DNA of 64,000 bases from Candidatus Cloacimonadales bacterium (GCA_963678315.1 OY782781.1:1856001-1920000), one strand, 5' to 3'. Counted from the stretch's first letter, positions 40,775 to 51,517 are shown. Notes: generated by a model not told the origin, from the letters alone. Numbers and translations: made by a program.

Positions 40775-41897
40775 TAAAGTTTTTGTCAAAAGAATGGAAT
40801 CTTATGATTTAGATAAGATAGTTTCATTTCTTAGAAGACATTACTTTAAGTCTGAAGAGCAGATTAGTAAAATAAAGAGGAAGAAAATACTAATCAAACC
40901 TAATCTTCTAGGTGCATATTCCCCTGAAAAAGCTGTTACTACTCACCCAATCATCGTTGAAGCAGTTGTAATATTACTTCAAGAACTTGGATGTTCTATT
41001 GTATTGGGCGATTCTCCAGGTGGAAGTGTTAGTTATGAACAAGTATGCCAGAAGACTGAATTAAAAAGAGTCGCTGATGAATACAAGGTTGATTTAGTTA
41101 ACTTCAACAAGCTTCCAGTAAAAATAAACAAAGTTGATGGTTATGATATCTCATATTCCCAAATCTTTGATGATGTTGATTATATTATTAACCTTGCAAA
41201 ATATAAAACACACGGATTGATGCAATTTACTGGTGCAGTAAAAAACTTGTACGGTTTGATTCCAGGATTAAAAAAAGCTGACTACCATAGACAGTTTCCT
41301 AACAGTCGAGATTTCTCTAAATTTATATCTACTTTCTATAAAATGATTAAGCCAAAAATCTTATTAAGTGTGATAGATGGCATAGTTGGAATGGAAGGAA
41401 AGGGGCCTAGTGGCGGTAAAGCACGTGATTTTGGCATTATATTTAGTTCTGAGACTTCTTCTGCTCTTGATTATGTTGCAGCTTATATGATGGGATTTCA
41501 ACCAATGAAAATTGACCTTATAAAGTTGTCTATGCATGATGATGGAGTTTTATCTTCTAGGATATCTAGTAACTTTCTCTGGAAAGATAACATATTCGAT
41601 AATGTAGATATTGGAATTGTTAAAACTAGCAATAGAATACTTAATAATTTTCCAAAGTTAGGTAAAACAATTTTCGATAGGTTGTTCTGGTACAAACCTG
41701 TGATTACTGATAAGTGTAAAAAATGTAATGTTTGCTATGATAGCTGTCCTGTTGATGCAATCATAAAAGATAGTGAAGGAAACTTAAAGATAGATGATAA
41801 GAAATGCATAAAATGTTTATGTTGTCATGAATTCTGTGTTTATAATGCAATTAGAATTGATAAATCAGCTATTGCAAGGAAGTTGATTCCTACATAG
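40764..41897 (+). CDS. DUF362 domain protein with C-terminal 2x[4Fe-4S] ferredoxin
   Basis: LIKPNLL, TTHP, GDSPG, KTH, TGAVKNLYG, GMEGKGP; CxxCxxCxxxCP and CxxCxxCxxxC. Confidence 0.88.
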   Translation: MMNSKVFVKRMESYDLDKIVSFLRRHYFKSEEQISKIKRKKILIKPNLLGAYSPEKAVTTHPIIVEAVVILLQELGCSIVLGDSPGGSVSYEQVCQKTELKRVADEYKVDLVNFNKLPVKINKVDGYDISYSQIFDDVDYIINLAKYKTHGLMQFTGAVKNLYGLIPGLKKADYHRQFPNSRDFSKFISTFYKMIKPKILLSVIDGIVGMEGKGPSGGKARDFGIIFSSETSSALDYVAAYMMGFQPMKIDLIKLSMHDDGVLSSRISSNFLWKDNIFDNVDIGIVKTSNRILNNFPKLGKTIFDRLFWYKPVITDKCKKCNVCYDSCPVDAIIKDSEGNLKIDDKKCIKCLCCHEFCVYNAIRIDKSAIARKLIPT

Positions 41898-41999
41898 AAG
41901 TAACATTCTAGACTTGTCGATTGGTTAGGATATAGTTAATATTCAAAAAAATCTTGACGGTCTATTCATAATTATAGTAAATGAATAAAATGAGGAGAT

Positions 42000-42320
42000 G
42001 TGATGCCGAAAGTACATAAAAATCCAACTGCTTCTAGAATAAGGAAGATAGTTTTACTAGTTGTAACGACTGTAGTATTAGTTTATGTTACTTTTGTTGG
42101 TGAGAATAGTATTATTTCCTTACTAAAGTATAAAAAAGAAGTTACTGCTAACAAGGCTGCATTAGAGAAGACTGAAGCAATCTTAGATAGCTTGAATCAA
42201 GAAAACGATAAGCTAGAAAATGATGATAGAACTATTGAAAAGATAGCTAGAGAAGAATACGATATGCAGAGACCTGATGAGAAAGTAACAATAATAAAGA
42301 AAACAGACGAAGATAAATAA
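42000..42320 (+). CDS. ftsB: Septum formation initiator FtsB/DivIC family
   Basis: Single TM segment, coiled coil, IEKIAREEYDM.RPDE motif. Confidence 0.8.
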   Translation: MMPKVHKNPTASRIRKIVLLVVTTVVLVYVTFVGENSIISLLKYKKEVTANKAALEKTEAILDSLNQENDKLENDDRTIEKIAREEYDMQRPDEKVTIIKKTDEDK

Positions 42321-42346
42321 ATTAAGTTATTATAGAGGTTGGTAAT

Positions 42347-43450
42347 ATGGCTCAAGTTATTGTTAATAATGTTAATAAGATATATGAGAATAGTTTTCAC
42401 GCAGTTAAAAGTGCAAACTTTGTAGCTGAAGATAAAGAATTTGTTGTTCTTGTAGGACCTTCTGGTTGTGGTAAAACAACAACTTTAAGATTAATTGCTG
42501 GTCTGGAAGATATCACTGATGGTGAAATCAAAATTGGCGAAAAAGTAGTTAACAATATTCCTCCAAAAGATAGAGATATTGCTATGGTTTTCCAAAACTA
42601 TGCTCTTTATCCTCATATGACTATTTATGATAACATGGCCTTTGCTCTTAAGCTTAGAAAAGAATCAAAAGAGTCTATTGATAAGAAAGTTAAAGATGCT
42701 GCAGGATTATTGGGTATTGATAGTCTACTAGACCGTAAGCCAAAGCAATTATCAGGTGGTCAACGTCAAAGAGTTGCACTTGGTCGAGCTATTGTGAGAA
42801 ATCCCTCTGTATTCTTATTTGATGAACCCCTTTCAAACTTAGATGCTAAATTAAGAGTTCAAATGAGAGCTGAAATTGTTAAACTTCACAAAACTCTTGA
42901 AACAACTATGATTTATGTTACTCATGATCAAGTTGAAGCTATGACAATGGCAGATAAAATCGTGGTAATGAAAGATGGTATTATCCAACAGATTGATTCT
43001 CCATTAAACCTATATAATAACCCTGTAAACTTGTTTGTTGCTGGATTTATTGGTTCACCTGCTATAAACCAAATTTCTGGAACAATAGCTAAGAAAGGTG
43101 ATAGTTATGTTTTTGAAGATGGTGAAATATCTTTAGAACTTATAAAAGAACATCATGAAAAAGTTAAGAACTATGTTGGTAAAGCTGTTGTCCTAGGAAT
43201 TAGACCTGAAGATTTATATGACAGTAACTACTCAATTCTAGCTGAAGCTCCAGTAAAAATCAACGCAATGTGTGATCTTGTTGAGCCAATGGGTAATGAG
43301 TTTGTTGTTTTCTTGAATACAAAAAATGCAAACTTAACAGCACGATTTGACCCAAAGAAAATGCCTCAAATTGATAAAGAAATGTCAATAACTCTTGATA
43401 TGAAGAAAGTACACATATTTGATAAAGAGAGTGAACTTGCTCTATTTTAA
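42347..43450 (+). CDS. Carbohydrate ABC transporter ATPase (MalK/MsmX/UgpC family), orphan
   Basis: [45 protein letters not shown]-like tail. Confidence 0.93.
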   Translation: MAQVIVNNVNKIYENSFHAVKSANFVAEDKEFVVLVGPSGCGKTTTLRLIAGLEDITDGEIKIGEKVVNNIPPKDRDIAMVFQNYALYPHMTIYDNMAFALKLRKESKESIDKKVKDAAGLLGIDSLLDRKPKQLSGGQRQRVALGRAIVRNPSVFLFDEPLSNLDAKLRVQMRAEIVKLHKTLETTMIYVTHDQVEAMTMADKIVVMKDGIIQQIDSPLNLYNNPVNLFVAGFIGSPAINQISGTIAKKGDSYVFEDGEISLELIKEHHEKVKNYVGKAVVLGIRPEDLYDSNYSILAEAPVKINAMCDLVEPMGNEFVVFLNTKNANLTARFDPKKMPQIDKEMSITLDMKKVHIFDKESELALF

Positions 43451-43463
43451 TTAATCCTTTTTG

Positions 43464-43496
43464 ATGACTCCAGTTTAACTGGAGTCGTTGTTTTTT
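43464..43496 (+). terminator. Intrinsic terminator
   Basis: GACTCCAG-TTTAA-CTGGAGTC followed by a T-rich tail. Confidence 0.8.
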
Positions 43497-43526
43497 GTTG
43501 TGAGATTGCATGTGAGGTTTGTGGTT

Positions 43527-44300
43527 ATGTATGGTTGGTTTATTGTATTTTTGTTATTTACTACATCTTTATTTCCAAATATTCTTGAAAATAGTTCAGC
43601 TGAAAGAGCAAGTCTAGGTTATTTAGACATTATTTCAAATACTCCTGAAAGTTTCTATTACAACCCTGCTAAATATACAAATGGTATTGCTTTAGGATAT
43701 ACAAAACCATTTAGTATAAACACGGTGTCATTAGGTAATGTTTCTATCTGTAATTCATATAAGTATTTGCATTTAGGTGTCTCTGAAAACTATCTTGAAT
43801 CAGAATATTATTCAAGATACATTTCTACAATTTCAATAGGGTGTTCAGTCACTGAATATTTATGTGTTGGGTCAAACATAAAGTATGTTGATGTAATAGA
43901 GAATCTCAGGAGTAACAGTCTTTCAAGTGATATAGGTGTTATGGTTAAACATAATAGTACTAGACTTAGTGTAGTTATAAATAACGTTTTAGCAAAGAAG
44001 AGAAAGGAATTTGATCTTACAAAGAATTTAGTAGCTGAACTATCTATTAATGTCGGAAAGATATCTTCTGTAGCTGTTGGTATTGAGAAAGAAGAAGACC
44101 AAGATATGATGGTAAAGTGTGGAACACTATTCAAGATATATAGGTCTTTATCATTAAAGTTAGGTTATACTGTAAAAGCAGATTTTGTATCAGCAGGATT
44201 TACTTATAACCTTAGGAACTTTAGTCTTGATTATGGGGTTAGTGTTCATGATGAATTAGAAGCAACACATTATATTTCAATTAAGTATGCAATTGATTAG
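43527..44300 (+). CDS. Small PorV-like outer-membrane beta-barrel
   Basis: ATG at 43527 after GAGG; the longer track start overlaps the terminator. SAERASLG...FYYNPA, C-terminal THYISIKY. Confidence 0.6.
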   Translation: MYGWFIVFLLFTTSLFPNILENSSAERASLGYLDIISNTPESFYYNPAKYTNGIALGYTKPFSINTVSLGNVSICNSYKYLHLGVSENYLESEYYSRYISTISIGCSVTEYLCVGSNIKYVDVIENLRSNSLSSDIGVMVKHNSTRLSVVINNVLAKKRKEFDLTKNLVAELSINVGKISSVAVGIEKEEDQDMMVKCGTLFKIYRSLSLKLGYTVKADFVSAGFTYNLRNFSLDYGVSVHDELEATHYISIKYAID

Positions 44301-45705
44301 AATCTGTTATACTTGTATCATTTATCTTATTATATCCACTTCTTTTGCTCAAGAAGAATATGAATTCACCAATAATTCAGAGTATGTCCAAAATTACAAT
44401 GAAATGTTGATTGCTAGCAACATTGACAGCTTGATAGAGGATTATGACTATACTTGTACTCTATATTCATTGGAAAACAACTTATCTAGTTTAAATTTGG
44501 ACTATAAATATGCTAATCAAGATTTAACTGCTTTCCTTAATTATACCGAAAGTAAAAGGATTGCAGTTTTTGTAGAAACATCACATAAGAATAATAAATT
44601 CGGTTTTGGTAGATATAAGATTAATTCTGAAAGTTTTGAAATTGTTCCTTCTAGCAGAAGTAATAAATTAAGTATAATGAATGGTTTTTTTACTAAATTA
44701 TCTTTTGATAAAGTACAAGTTCTAGCTACATATTCTAGAAGAAAACTACATTATAAAACTGTAGAAGAAGATGTCCAAGAACTTTCTTATAGCTCAAATA
44801 GTGAAGACTATTATGAAGAGCTTAACTTAGGCTTTAGGTATAAATATGCTAATTTAACTTGTGCATATATTGTTAATCCTAATAGATTCAGATATGCATT
44901 AACTCAATTTACAGGACAAAGTGAAGTTATTGTTAATAAGTTTCTAGTAGGATATCAAACAGAAACACTCGATATAGGTTTCAGCTCAAGTTATATTAAT
45001 CAGAAAGCAAGTATAGATATCAATTTAGGTATGCAATCTGATATGTGCAGGCATAATATCACTTATAACTATGTAGCAAGTAACTCACTTGCATGGAAAG
45101 AAATGGGACTGTATAACAAGTTTAACAAAGACTCTAGTCAAATTAAGTTCGATTCAGAAGTTAAAGTATCTGATAAAACAAAACTGAGTATCAACTGTAA
45201 AGTTCTAGAAAATCATTCAACAGATTTATGGTATAGAAAATTTCAAGCTAAGATAAAATTAAATAAAATTGGAACATATTCTTTAGCTAGAAGTAGTTAC
45301 TTAAATAGTTCAATGGAAAAGAAAGTAGTGCTAAATCATCTTTTAAGTGCAAATATAATATCTATAAGCCCCAATAATATAATTAGCATGACTTATAGAT
45401 TAAGTAGTAAACTTACCGACAATAGCAACTATCAAAAACTAGTTATATCCTACAATAATATTTGTGAGTGGGGAAGAACTAGCTTCGGTATTTGTGCAAA
45501 ACAAAATATTAAAAGCAATGATATTGCGATTGATTCTGATGGCTTCCTTTATGAAAGCAGTGAGAAAATAGATGATGATTTAACCTTATTATGTAGTCTC
45601 ACTACAAAAGCTAAATTTAACATTAAAGCTAAAGCAACCACAGAATATTCTCTCTATAGTGATAAGCTTATAAATCTGAAAATATATTTAAGTTATCTTC
45701 TATGA
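44287..45705 (+). CDS. Hypothetical secreted beta-rich protein (possible barrel)
   Basis: 472-aa ORF with signal-like N-terminus and beta-strand periodicity; overlaps the upstream gene. Confidence 0.5.
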   Translation: MQLIRICYTCIIYLIISTSFAQEEYEFTNNSEYVQNYNEMLIASNIDSLIEDYDYTCTLYSLENNLSSLNLDYKYANQDLTAFLNYTESKRIAVFVETSHKNNKFGFGRYKINSESFEIVPSSRSNKLSIMNGFFTKLSFDKVQVLATYSRRKLHYKTVEEDVQELSYSSNSEDYYEELNLGFRYKYANLTCAYIVNPNRFRYALTQFTGQSEVIVNKFLVGYQTETLDIGFSSSYINQKASIDINLGMQSDMCRHNITYNYVASNSLAWKEMGLYNKFNKDSSQIKFDSEVKVSDKTKLSINCKVLENHSTDLWYRKFQAKIKLNKIGTYSLARSSYLNSSMEKKVVLNHLLSANIISISPNNIISMTYRLSSKLTDNSNYQKLVISYNNICEWGRTSFGICAKQNIKSNDIAIDSDGFLYESSEKIDDDLTLLCSLTTKAKFNIKAKATTEYSLYSDKLINLKIYLSYLL

Positions 45706-46360
45706 CATAAGGCTTGATTAAGTCAGATGAATTGTTTCTTACATTATTTACTTTCTTACTTACAGAGTAATGTTTTAACTGACCTGAAATAGGCCTGATA
45801 ATATTATTTAGAAGCTTGTTATAATCTGTGCTGTTAATGTAATCACTAAGCATATCAGCCTGGATAATCACAGGCATTCTATGGTGAATATTTTCCATGT
45901 CAGCATTAGCATCTGTGGTTAAAATAGAACATGAGGTTATATAACTTCCATCTGAGCCATGCCATGTATCGTAGATTGCTGCAAAGAAAAGATATTCATC
46001 ATTTTCTGGGATAAAGTAGTTAGGTTCTTTTGTTATTTTATCCCATTCATAGAAACCACTTGCAGGTATTAGACATCTTTTATGTTGAAAAAGGCCTCGC
46101 CAGAAAGGCTTTTGCTTGATTGATTCAACCCTTGTATTAATAATGTTATATTGTGAATTAAGGCTTTTGGACCATGATGGAATTAATTGCCATTGTAGAA
46201 AATCAATACTAAGTTTATTTTCTTGAAGAAGTATAGCCCCTACATTATTAGTAGGAGCTACATTAAAGTTTATTGGAATAGTTTGCTCAGTATTTTCTAG
46301 TTCATCAAGGTACTTCTTTAAGTTTTTGTACTTAACAACTTGAGCAAATCTTCCACACAT
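45668..46360 (-). CDS. SOS-response-associated peptidase (SRAP/YedK/HMCES) abasic-site protein
   Basis: True start MCGRF at 46360; NVAPT, RCLIPASGFYEW, IHHRMPVI. Confidence 0.93.
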   Translation of the reverse strand: MCGRFAQVVKYKNLKKYLDELENTEQTIPINFNVAPTNNVGAILLQENKLSIDFLQWQLIPSWSKSLNSQYNIINTRVESIKQKPFWRGLFQHKRCLIPASGFYEWDKITKEPNYFIPENDEYLFFAAIYDTWHGSDGSYITSCSILTTDANADMENIHHRMPVIIQADMLSDYINSTDYNKLLNNIIRPISGQLKHYSVSKKVNNVRNNSSDLIKPYVIEDNLNIFSDL

Positions 46361-46361
46361 A

Positions 46362-47606
46362 TTAACTCCAGCTTTCTGCAAGTCTTACAATGACTTGAAC
46401 AGCTTTTACCATGGATGAAACAGGTATCCACTCTTTCTTTGAATGGAATAAGAAGCCACCTGTGAAGATATTTGGAGTAGGAAGGCCCATGAAGCTTAAT
46501 CTTGCACCATCTGTCCCGCCTCTTATAGGTGTTCTGAGTACTTTGATGTCAAAGTCTTTCATTGCATTGCTTGCCTTTTCTACGACTTGTGGAACCTCTT
46601 TGAGAACCTCATTCATGTTTCTATAAGATTCTTTCACAGTTACATCAATTATTAATCCAGGGTATTTAATTAAGAAGGTTTCTTGTAAACTATTGATAAA
46701 ATCAATTCTAGATTTGTTTTTTGCTGCATCAAAGTCTCTAATTATTAAGCTTGCCTTTGCTTGGCTTTCATTACCTGAGATACTGCTTAAATGATAGAAT
46801 CCTTCACGCTTTTCAGTATGCTCAGGAGATTCATTAGCAGGAAGTGATGTTACAAATTCAGAAGCAATTTTACAAGCGTTAATAAGAAGGTTCTTAGCAC
46901 TTCCTGGGTGAACATTTTTACCAGTAAATACTAATTCAATTCCATGGGCATTGAAGCATTCATCTTCAAGTTCACCAATTTGACCACCATCAATAGTGTA
47001 AGCATATTTACCAAGCTTATTGACATCAATGGAATCAGCACCACGTCCAACCTCTTCATCTGGAGTAAAACAAATTCGAAGCTCTGGATGTTGAATATCA
47101 TCACTATTTATTAAGATTTCTAGGGCTGTCATTATTTCTGCAATACCTGCTTTATCATCAGCTCCAAGAAGAGATATACCAGAGGCTGTAATAATATCAT
47201 CTCCAATATAGTCCAGTAAGTATGGGCATTCTTTGGGACTCAGGATAAGCGTCTTATCATCAGGATAAGTTAAATCATCACCCTTATAATTTTTATGGAT
47301 TATTGGTTTTACATTTTCTCCAGTTACTGCAGGGCTTGTATCCATATGTGAAATAAAGCTTATTGGGGTTCCATTAACATCCTTAGATGCTGGTAGGGTA
47401 GCGTAAACATAGCAACAATCATCAACCTCAACATTGATCATTCCTAATGCAATTAATTCTTCTTTTAATAGTTCAGCTAAATCATACTGGTTATTTGATG
47501 TAGGATTTTTAATACCATTCTCATCAGATGTAGTGTATACCTTCGCATATCTTATAAAACGTTCAACAACAGATTCTTTAATTTGGTTTTCGCATGTAAT
47601 ATTCAT
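46362..47606 (-). CDS. pepT: Peptidase T (M20B)
   Basis: SHMDTS, LGADDKAG, FTPDEEVG, IRGGTDG, FHSKKEW. Confidence 0.96.
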   Translation of the reverse strand: MNITCENQIKESVVERFIRYAKVYTTSDENGIKNPTSNNQYDLAELLKEELIALGMINVEVDDCCYVYATLPASKDVNGTPISFISHMDTSPAVTGENVKPIIHKNYKGDDLTYPDDKTLILSPKECPYLLDYIGDDIITASGISLLGADDKAGIAEIMTALEILINSDDIQHPELRICFTPDEEVGRGADSIDVNKLGKYAYTIDGGQIGELEDECFNAHGIELVFTGKNVHPGSAKNLLINACKIASEFVTSLPANESPEHTEKREGFYHLSSISGNESQAKASLIIRDFDAAKNKSRIDFINSLQETFLIKYPGLIIDVTVKESYRNMNEVLKEVPQVVEKASNAMKDFDIKVLRTPIRGGTDGARLSFMGLPTPNIFTGGFLFHSKKEWIPVSSMVKAVQVIVRLAESWS

Positions 47607-47617
47607 AATTTCCTCAT

Positions 47618-47644
47618 AAAAAAAAGCGGTCCTAGACCGCTTTA
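47618..47644 (-). terminator. Intrinsic terminator
   Basis: A8-GCGGTC-CTA-GACCGC-TTTT. Confidence 0.75.
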
Positions 47645-47659
47645 ATCAACTAATATTTA

Positions 47660-48223
47660 TTAATTATCCATTTTTTTAAATTCTGTTTCCATTTCTTGGA
47701 ATGTTTGAGAAGCTTTAAATTGGTTATACAGTGCTTCTTCGTTCTTTATTGCATTGAAAGTTTCACGGTCTACTTCAGATTTAGGTAGTTTAAGTCTTAC
47801 AAATGCTTTAAATTTTGACCCTTCTCTAATCATTTTATGCTCGTCGATTAATAAACCTCTAATTTTTGATTCAGAAAGAACCTTAACAACACCTTTAGTT
47901 AAACCTAATACTTCAGTATTGTTAACACCTGATTCTTGTTCAAATGTTTTAATCATACCTTGAACATAAGTATCCAAGTACATTGATGCATTGAAAATAG
48001 CATTAGATCTAGCTGCTTTTCTAGCAAGAGATGTAGTTGATTGTACACCTTCACCGAAGAAGTAAACATATTCTGCGTTGTCTTGTTTGTCATACCAGTC
48101 AGGGTAATATACTTCTAAATCACTATCAATCTTAGATTCTTTTGAATCATTAGATGAGCATCCAACAATAAGAAAAGCTAAAGATATTAGCATAAGTAAA
48201 ATAATTACTTTTCTTAATTTCAT
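47660..48223 (-). CDS. LPP20-like lipoprotein
   Basis: Lipobox IVGC, PDWY, G.G....LARKAA...A pattern. Start at 48223 after GGAGGAG. Confidence 0.7.
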   Translation of the reverse strand: MKLRKVIILLMLISLAFLIVGCSSNDSKESKIDSDLEVYYPDWYDKQDNAEYVYFFGEGVQSTTSLARKAARSNAIFNASMYLDTYVQGMIKTFEQESGVNNTEVLGLTKGVVKVLSESKIRGLLIDEHKMIREGSKFKAFVRLKLPKSEVDRETFNAIKNEEALYNQFKASQTFQEMETEFKKMDN

Positions 48224-48429
48224 AATCTCCTCCATTATTTTTTTCATTCACATCAATTATGATGTCTTCATTTTAAAGTGTCAAGAAAAATAATCATCAT
48301 TTAGATTTATCTTTAAACTAGTCAGTGTTTTAAATAAATTAATTGACAAGTTAAAAAAACTATGCATTCTTAACATTAAACATACATAAGACATGGAATT
48401 CCATGTTATTAATACAAAAAGGAGATATT

Positions 48430-49626
48430 ATGAACAGAAGAAAAGTTGCGTTGTTAATTGTTGGTTTATTAATCGTTTCTACAAGTGTTTTTGCTAGCTA
48501 TAGTAGGATTATAGGTTTAGGCTCTCCACATGGTCTCATTGAAGATGATACCGATATTTATCTTTATCCATCGACGATGAATCAATATGAAGGTGTTGTT
48601 GTTGGTGAACTTTTTAATACTCCAAATGATTTTGATTGGACTATTGGGGCTAATGTTCCAATAGAAAATGTCAAAATAGGTTTATATCTTAATCAACCAA
48701 CTGGCATTAACTTTGATGATAACGAACACTTATTTGGTTTAGATATTTCAAGAAGCACTAATCTAATGATTGGCTTTATGGAAAAGATTGCTTTAGGTTT
48801 TGGTACTGCAATTGATTATAAAGATGAAGTTAAATGGACCAATGGTGATGAAACCAAAAAACTTGACCCTAAAGCTAACTTCTATAAAATATTTGGTGGC
48901 TATTCAACTGGTAAAGTTGATTTTGGTGTTAATATAGACATTGCTGATGCTGAAAATGTTGATGATGGAACAAAGGCAGAGTATTCTAAAATGATTATGG
49001 ATATCAATGCAAGAACAACTATCATAAATAACAGTAAAATGACCTTAATTGCTAAGGCTGGATTCTCAAACATTTCTGAAGAGTATGATTATTCAGATTT
49101 TTGGACAGGAGATCAAGGTATGTCTACAGACCTTTCAGAAATAAATGTAGATATTTCTGCTGGACTTCAAGTTAAGGCTGGTGAAAAGAATAAAATCTTT
49201 ATCGGTTTAACTCCATTCAGATACAGTAGTGCTACTTTAGAAGAAAAAACTCCTATGGAAATAGATCCATCTAAAGATAGTTATGTAGCTAAAGATGAAT
49301 ATAAATTAGATGCAATGGTTTTTCCAGCATATTATTTAGCTGTTGAATCTCAAATTTGTTCATGGTTAACAGGTAGATTTGGAGCTAATCAAGATTATGT
49401 TCATGTAACCCAAGAAGCTGATTATGATGAAGAATCTAATCAAGAAGATGAAGATACTGAATTTTATGAAAAAGAGTATAATATGAACTTAGGTCTTACT
49501 TTTAAATTTGGAAACTTCTGTATTGACTCTGTTATTGAAAAGGAATTATTATTTGATGGACCAAACTTTATCGGTGGTAGAGATTCTGGTTTAGCATCAA
49601 ATGTTTCAGTGAAATATAAGTTCTAA
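48430..49626 (+). CDS. Outer-membrane beta-barrel protein
   Basis: Signal peptide (start 48430 after AGGAG), alternating strands, C-terminal VSVKYKF. Confidence 0.7.
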   Translation: MNRRKVALLIVGLLIVSTSVFASYSRIIGLGSPHGLIEDDTDIYLYPSTMNQYEGVVVGELFNTPNDFDWTIGANVPIENVKIGLYLNQPTGINFDDNEHLFGLDISRSTNLMIGFMEKIALGFGTAIDYKDEVKWTNGDETKKLDPKANFYKIFGGYSTGKVDFGVNIDIADAENVDDGTKAEYSKMIMDINARTTIINNSKMTLIAKAGFSNISEEYDYSDFWTGDQGMSTDLSEINVDISAGLQVKAGEKNKIFIGLTPFRYSSATLEEKTPMEIDPSKDSYVAKDEYKLDAMVFPAYYLAVESQICSWLTGRFGANQDYVHVTQEADYDEESNQEDEDTEFYEKEYNMNLGLTFKFGNFCIDSVIEKELLFDGPNFIGGRDSGLASNVSVKYKF

Positions 49627-49643
49627 AGATATAGTATAAATTA

Positions 49644-49905
49644 GAAAGGGATTGATTATTTTCAATCCCTTTCTGACTTTTGAAAAGGATTAATGTTGAA
49701 AAGTGTTGTTGGTAAATATAAATGTTTAGTATTTTGAGATTCGACATACCTTAGCTAAATCTTTAGTTATCGAAGTATAACAATACATCTTCGACTAAAG
49801 TTTTAACTAATCTATTGCCGATTTATTTTTGTAAAAATAAAACAAAAACAAAGAGCCTTAACTTTGTGAAGGCTCTCAAAGGGACTGATTATTTTCAATC
49901 CCTTT
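49644..49905. terminator. Cluster of terminator hairpins between convergent genes, including a duplicated one
   Basis: AAAGGGA(T/C)TGATTATTTTCAATCCCTTT at about 49645 and 49878; GAGCCTT..AAGGCTC at 49853-49875. Confidence 0.75.
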
Positions 49906-49927
49906 AATTTGGTTTAGTAAAGTATAT

Positions 49928-50599
49928 CTATAAACCAAAAGTTCCTAAGTTTTCACTAACTTCTAATTTAGCTTCTGTTTTTTCTAATACTTCTTCAAGA
50001 GTGTATCCTTCAGCAATTTCTTCAAGAACAGCACCATTTTCACTAATTCTGATTAATGCTATATCAGTAACAATTAAGGTTACTTTATTTTTAGCTGTTA
50101 ATGGAAGAGTACATTCTTCAAGAATTTTTGTATTACCTTTTTTGTCACAATGCTCCATTGCTACTACAACATTCTTTGCACCTGTAACTAAATCCATAGC
50201 TCCACCCATACCAGGAACCATTTTTCCAGGAATCATCCAGTTAGCTAGATTACCATATCCATCAACTTGTAAAGCACCTAGAACTGTCATGTTTAAGTGT
50301 CCTCCACGGATAATTGCAAAGCTAGTTGCAGAATCAAAGTATGAAGCGCCTGAACCCTCTGTTATAAATCCACCTCCAGCATTAATTAAGTCAGCATCTT
50401 CGTGACCTTCCTGCGGAGCTGGACCTACACCCATTATACCATTTTCGGATTGGAAATGAACTGTCATCCCTTCTGGAATGTAGTTAGCTACTAGAGTTGG
50501 TAAGCCAATACCTAAATTAACAAAATCACCATCATGAAGTTCTTGAGCAATTCTTTTTGCAATTACTGCTCTTTTATATTGTTTGTCATTTCTATCCAT
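49928..50599 (-). CDS. atoA: 3-oxoacid/acetoacetate CoA-transferase beta subunit
   Basis: VNLGIGLPTLV, catalytic QSENG, GMGGAMDL. Confidence 0.88.
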   Translation of the reverse strand: MDRNDKQYKRAVIAKRIAQELHDGDFVNLGIGLPTLVANYIPEGMTVHFQSENGIMGVGPAPQEGHEDADLINAGGGFITEGSGASYFDSATSFAIIRGGHLNMTVLGALQVDGYGNLANWMIPGKMVPGMGGAMDLVTGAKNVVVAMEHCDKKGNTKILEECTLPLTAKNKVTLIVTDIALIRISENGAVLEEIAEGYTLEEVLEKTEAKLEVSENLGTFGL

Positions 50600-50601
50600 T
50601 T

Positions 50602-51255
50602 CTACTTCTCCTTTAAAACAAGATAATCTACGAAAACGCCTGGTGTAACTATTTCTTCAGGTGAAAGCTCTCCAGCTTCAACTATTTCATCAACTTCTAC
50701 GATAGTAATTTTACCAGCCATTGCCATGATAGGATTACTGTTTCTAGCAGTTTTGTTGAATATTAAGTTGCCAAGTTTATCTGCCTTATGTGCTCTAATT
50801 AAAGCATAATCAGCATGGATAGGTGTCTCTAGAATATATCTTTCACCATTAGACTCAATAATTTGCTTTCCTTCTTCAGCTAATGTTCCAAGACCAGTTT
50901 GTGTTAAAATACCACCAAGACCTGCTCCCGCGGCACGAACTCTTTCCATCAAGGTACCCTGAGGAACTAACTCAATATCTATTTCTTTTTCATTCATTTG
51001 TCTTTGTATTTCTCTATTAGTCCCTAAATGTGACACTTGAGCTGATTTAGCTTGTTTAGCTGTGATCAATTTACCCATTCCTCTGTTATCATAATCAGAG
51101 GCAATAACGATTAAATGTAGATTGTCTACTTTTGCTTCTACAAGAGAATCAATAATTGTCTCAGGTGCACCAACAGCAAGAAAACCACCTATCATTAATC
51201 TAGAGTGTGGTTTTATCATTTCAACAGCTTGTTTAGAAGTGATAACCTTTGCCAT
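50602..51255 (-). CDS. atoD: 3-oxoacid/acetoacetate CoA-transferase alpha subunit
   Basis: MIGGFL..G.PE, PQGTLMERVRAAGAGLGG, ARNSNP. Confidence 0.88.
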   Translation of the reverse strand: MAKVITSKQAVEMIKPHSRLMIGGFLAVGAPETIIDSLVEAKVDNLHLIVIASDYDNRGMGKLITAKQAKSAQVSHLGTNREIQRQMNEKEIDIELVPQGTLMERVRAAGAGLGGILTQTGLGTLAEEGKQIIESNGERYILETPIHADYALIRAHKADKLGNLIFNKTARNSNPIMAMAGKITIVEVDEIVEAGELSPEEIVTPGVFVDYLVLKEK

Positions 51256-51416
51256 AAAAACTCCTTAATTCATATTCTGATAATTTTTACAATTATAATG
51301 TTTATATGTAATCAGTCAATAAAATTAATTCTAAATCAAAGTTGATAGTAATTTACATATCTACTATAAGCAGGGAACTAATTTCAAGAAAAGTAAAAAA
51401 GATGTTGACTAAAGCG

Positions 51417-51457
51417 ATTGAATTTAATTCAATTGGTTAAAATGAATAGTATTCATT
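51417..51457. promoter_or_regulatory. Two tandem 17-bp palindromes (WWTGAAT-N3-ATTCAWW), candidate operator
   Basis: ATTGAATTTAATTCAAT at 51417-51433 and AATGAATAGTATTCATT at 51441-51457, just downstream of TTGACT at 51405. Confidence 0.6.
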
Positions 51458-51517
51458 AATAAAGATATCTTAATATACAATATTCTAAGATGTTAAATAA
51501 TGATTAGGAGTCAATTT

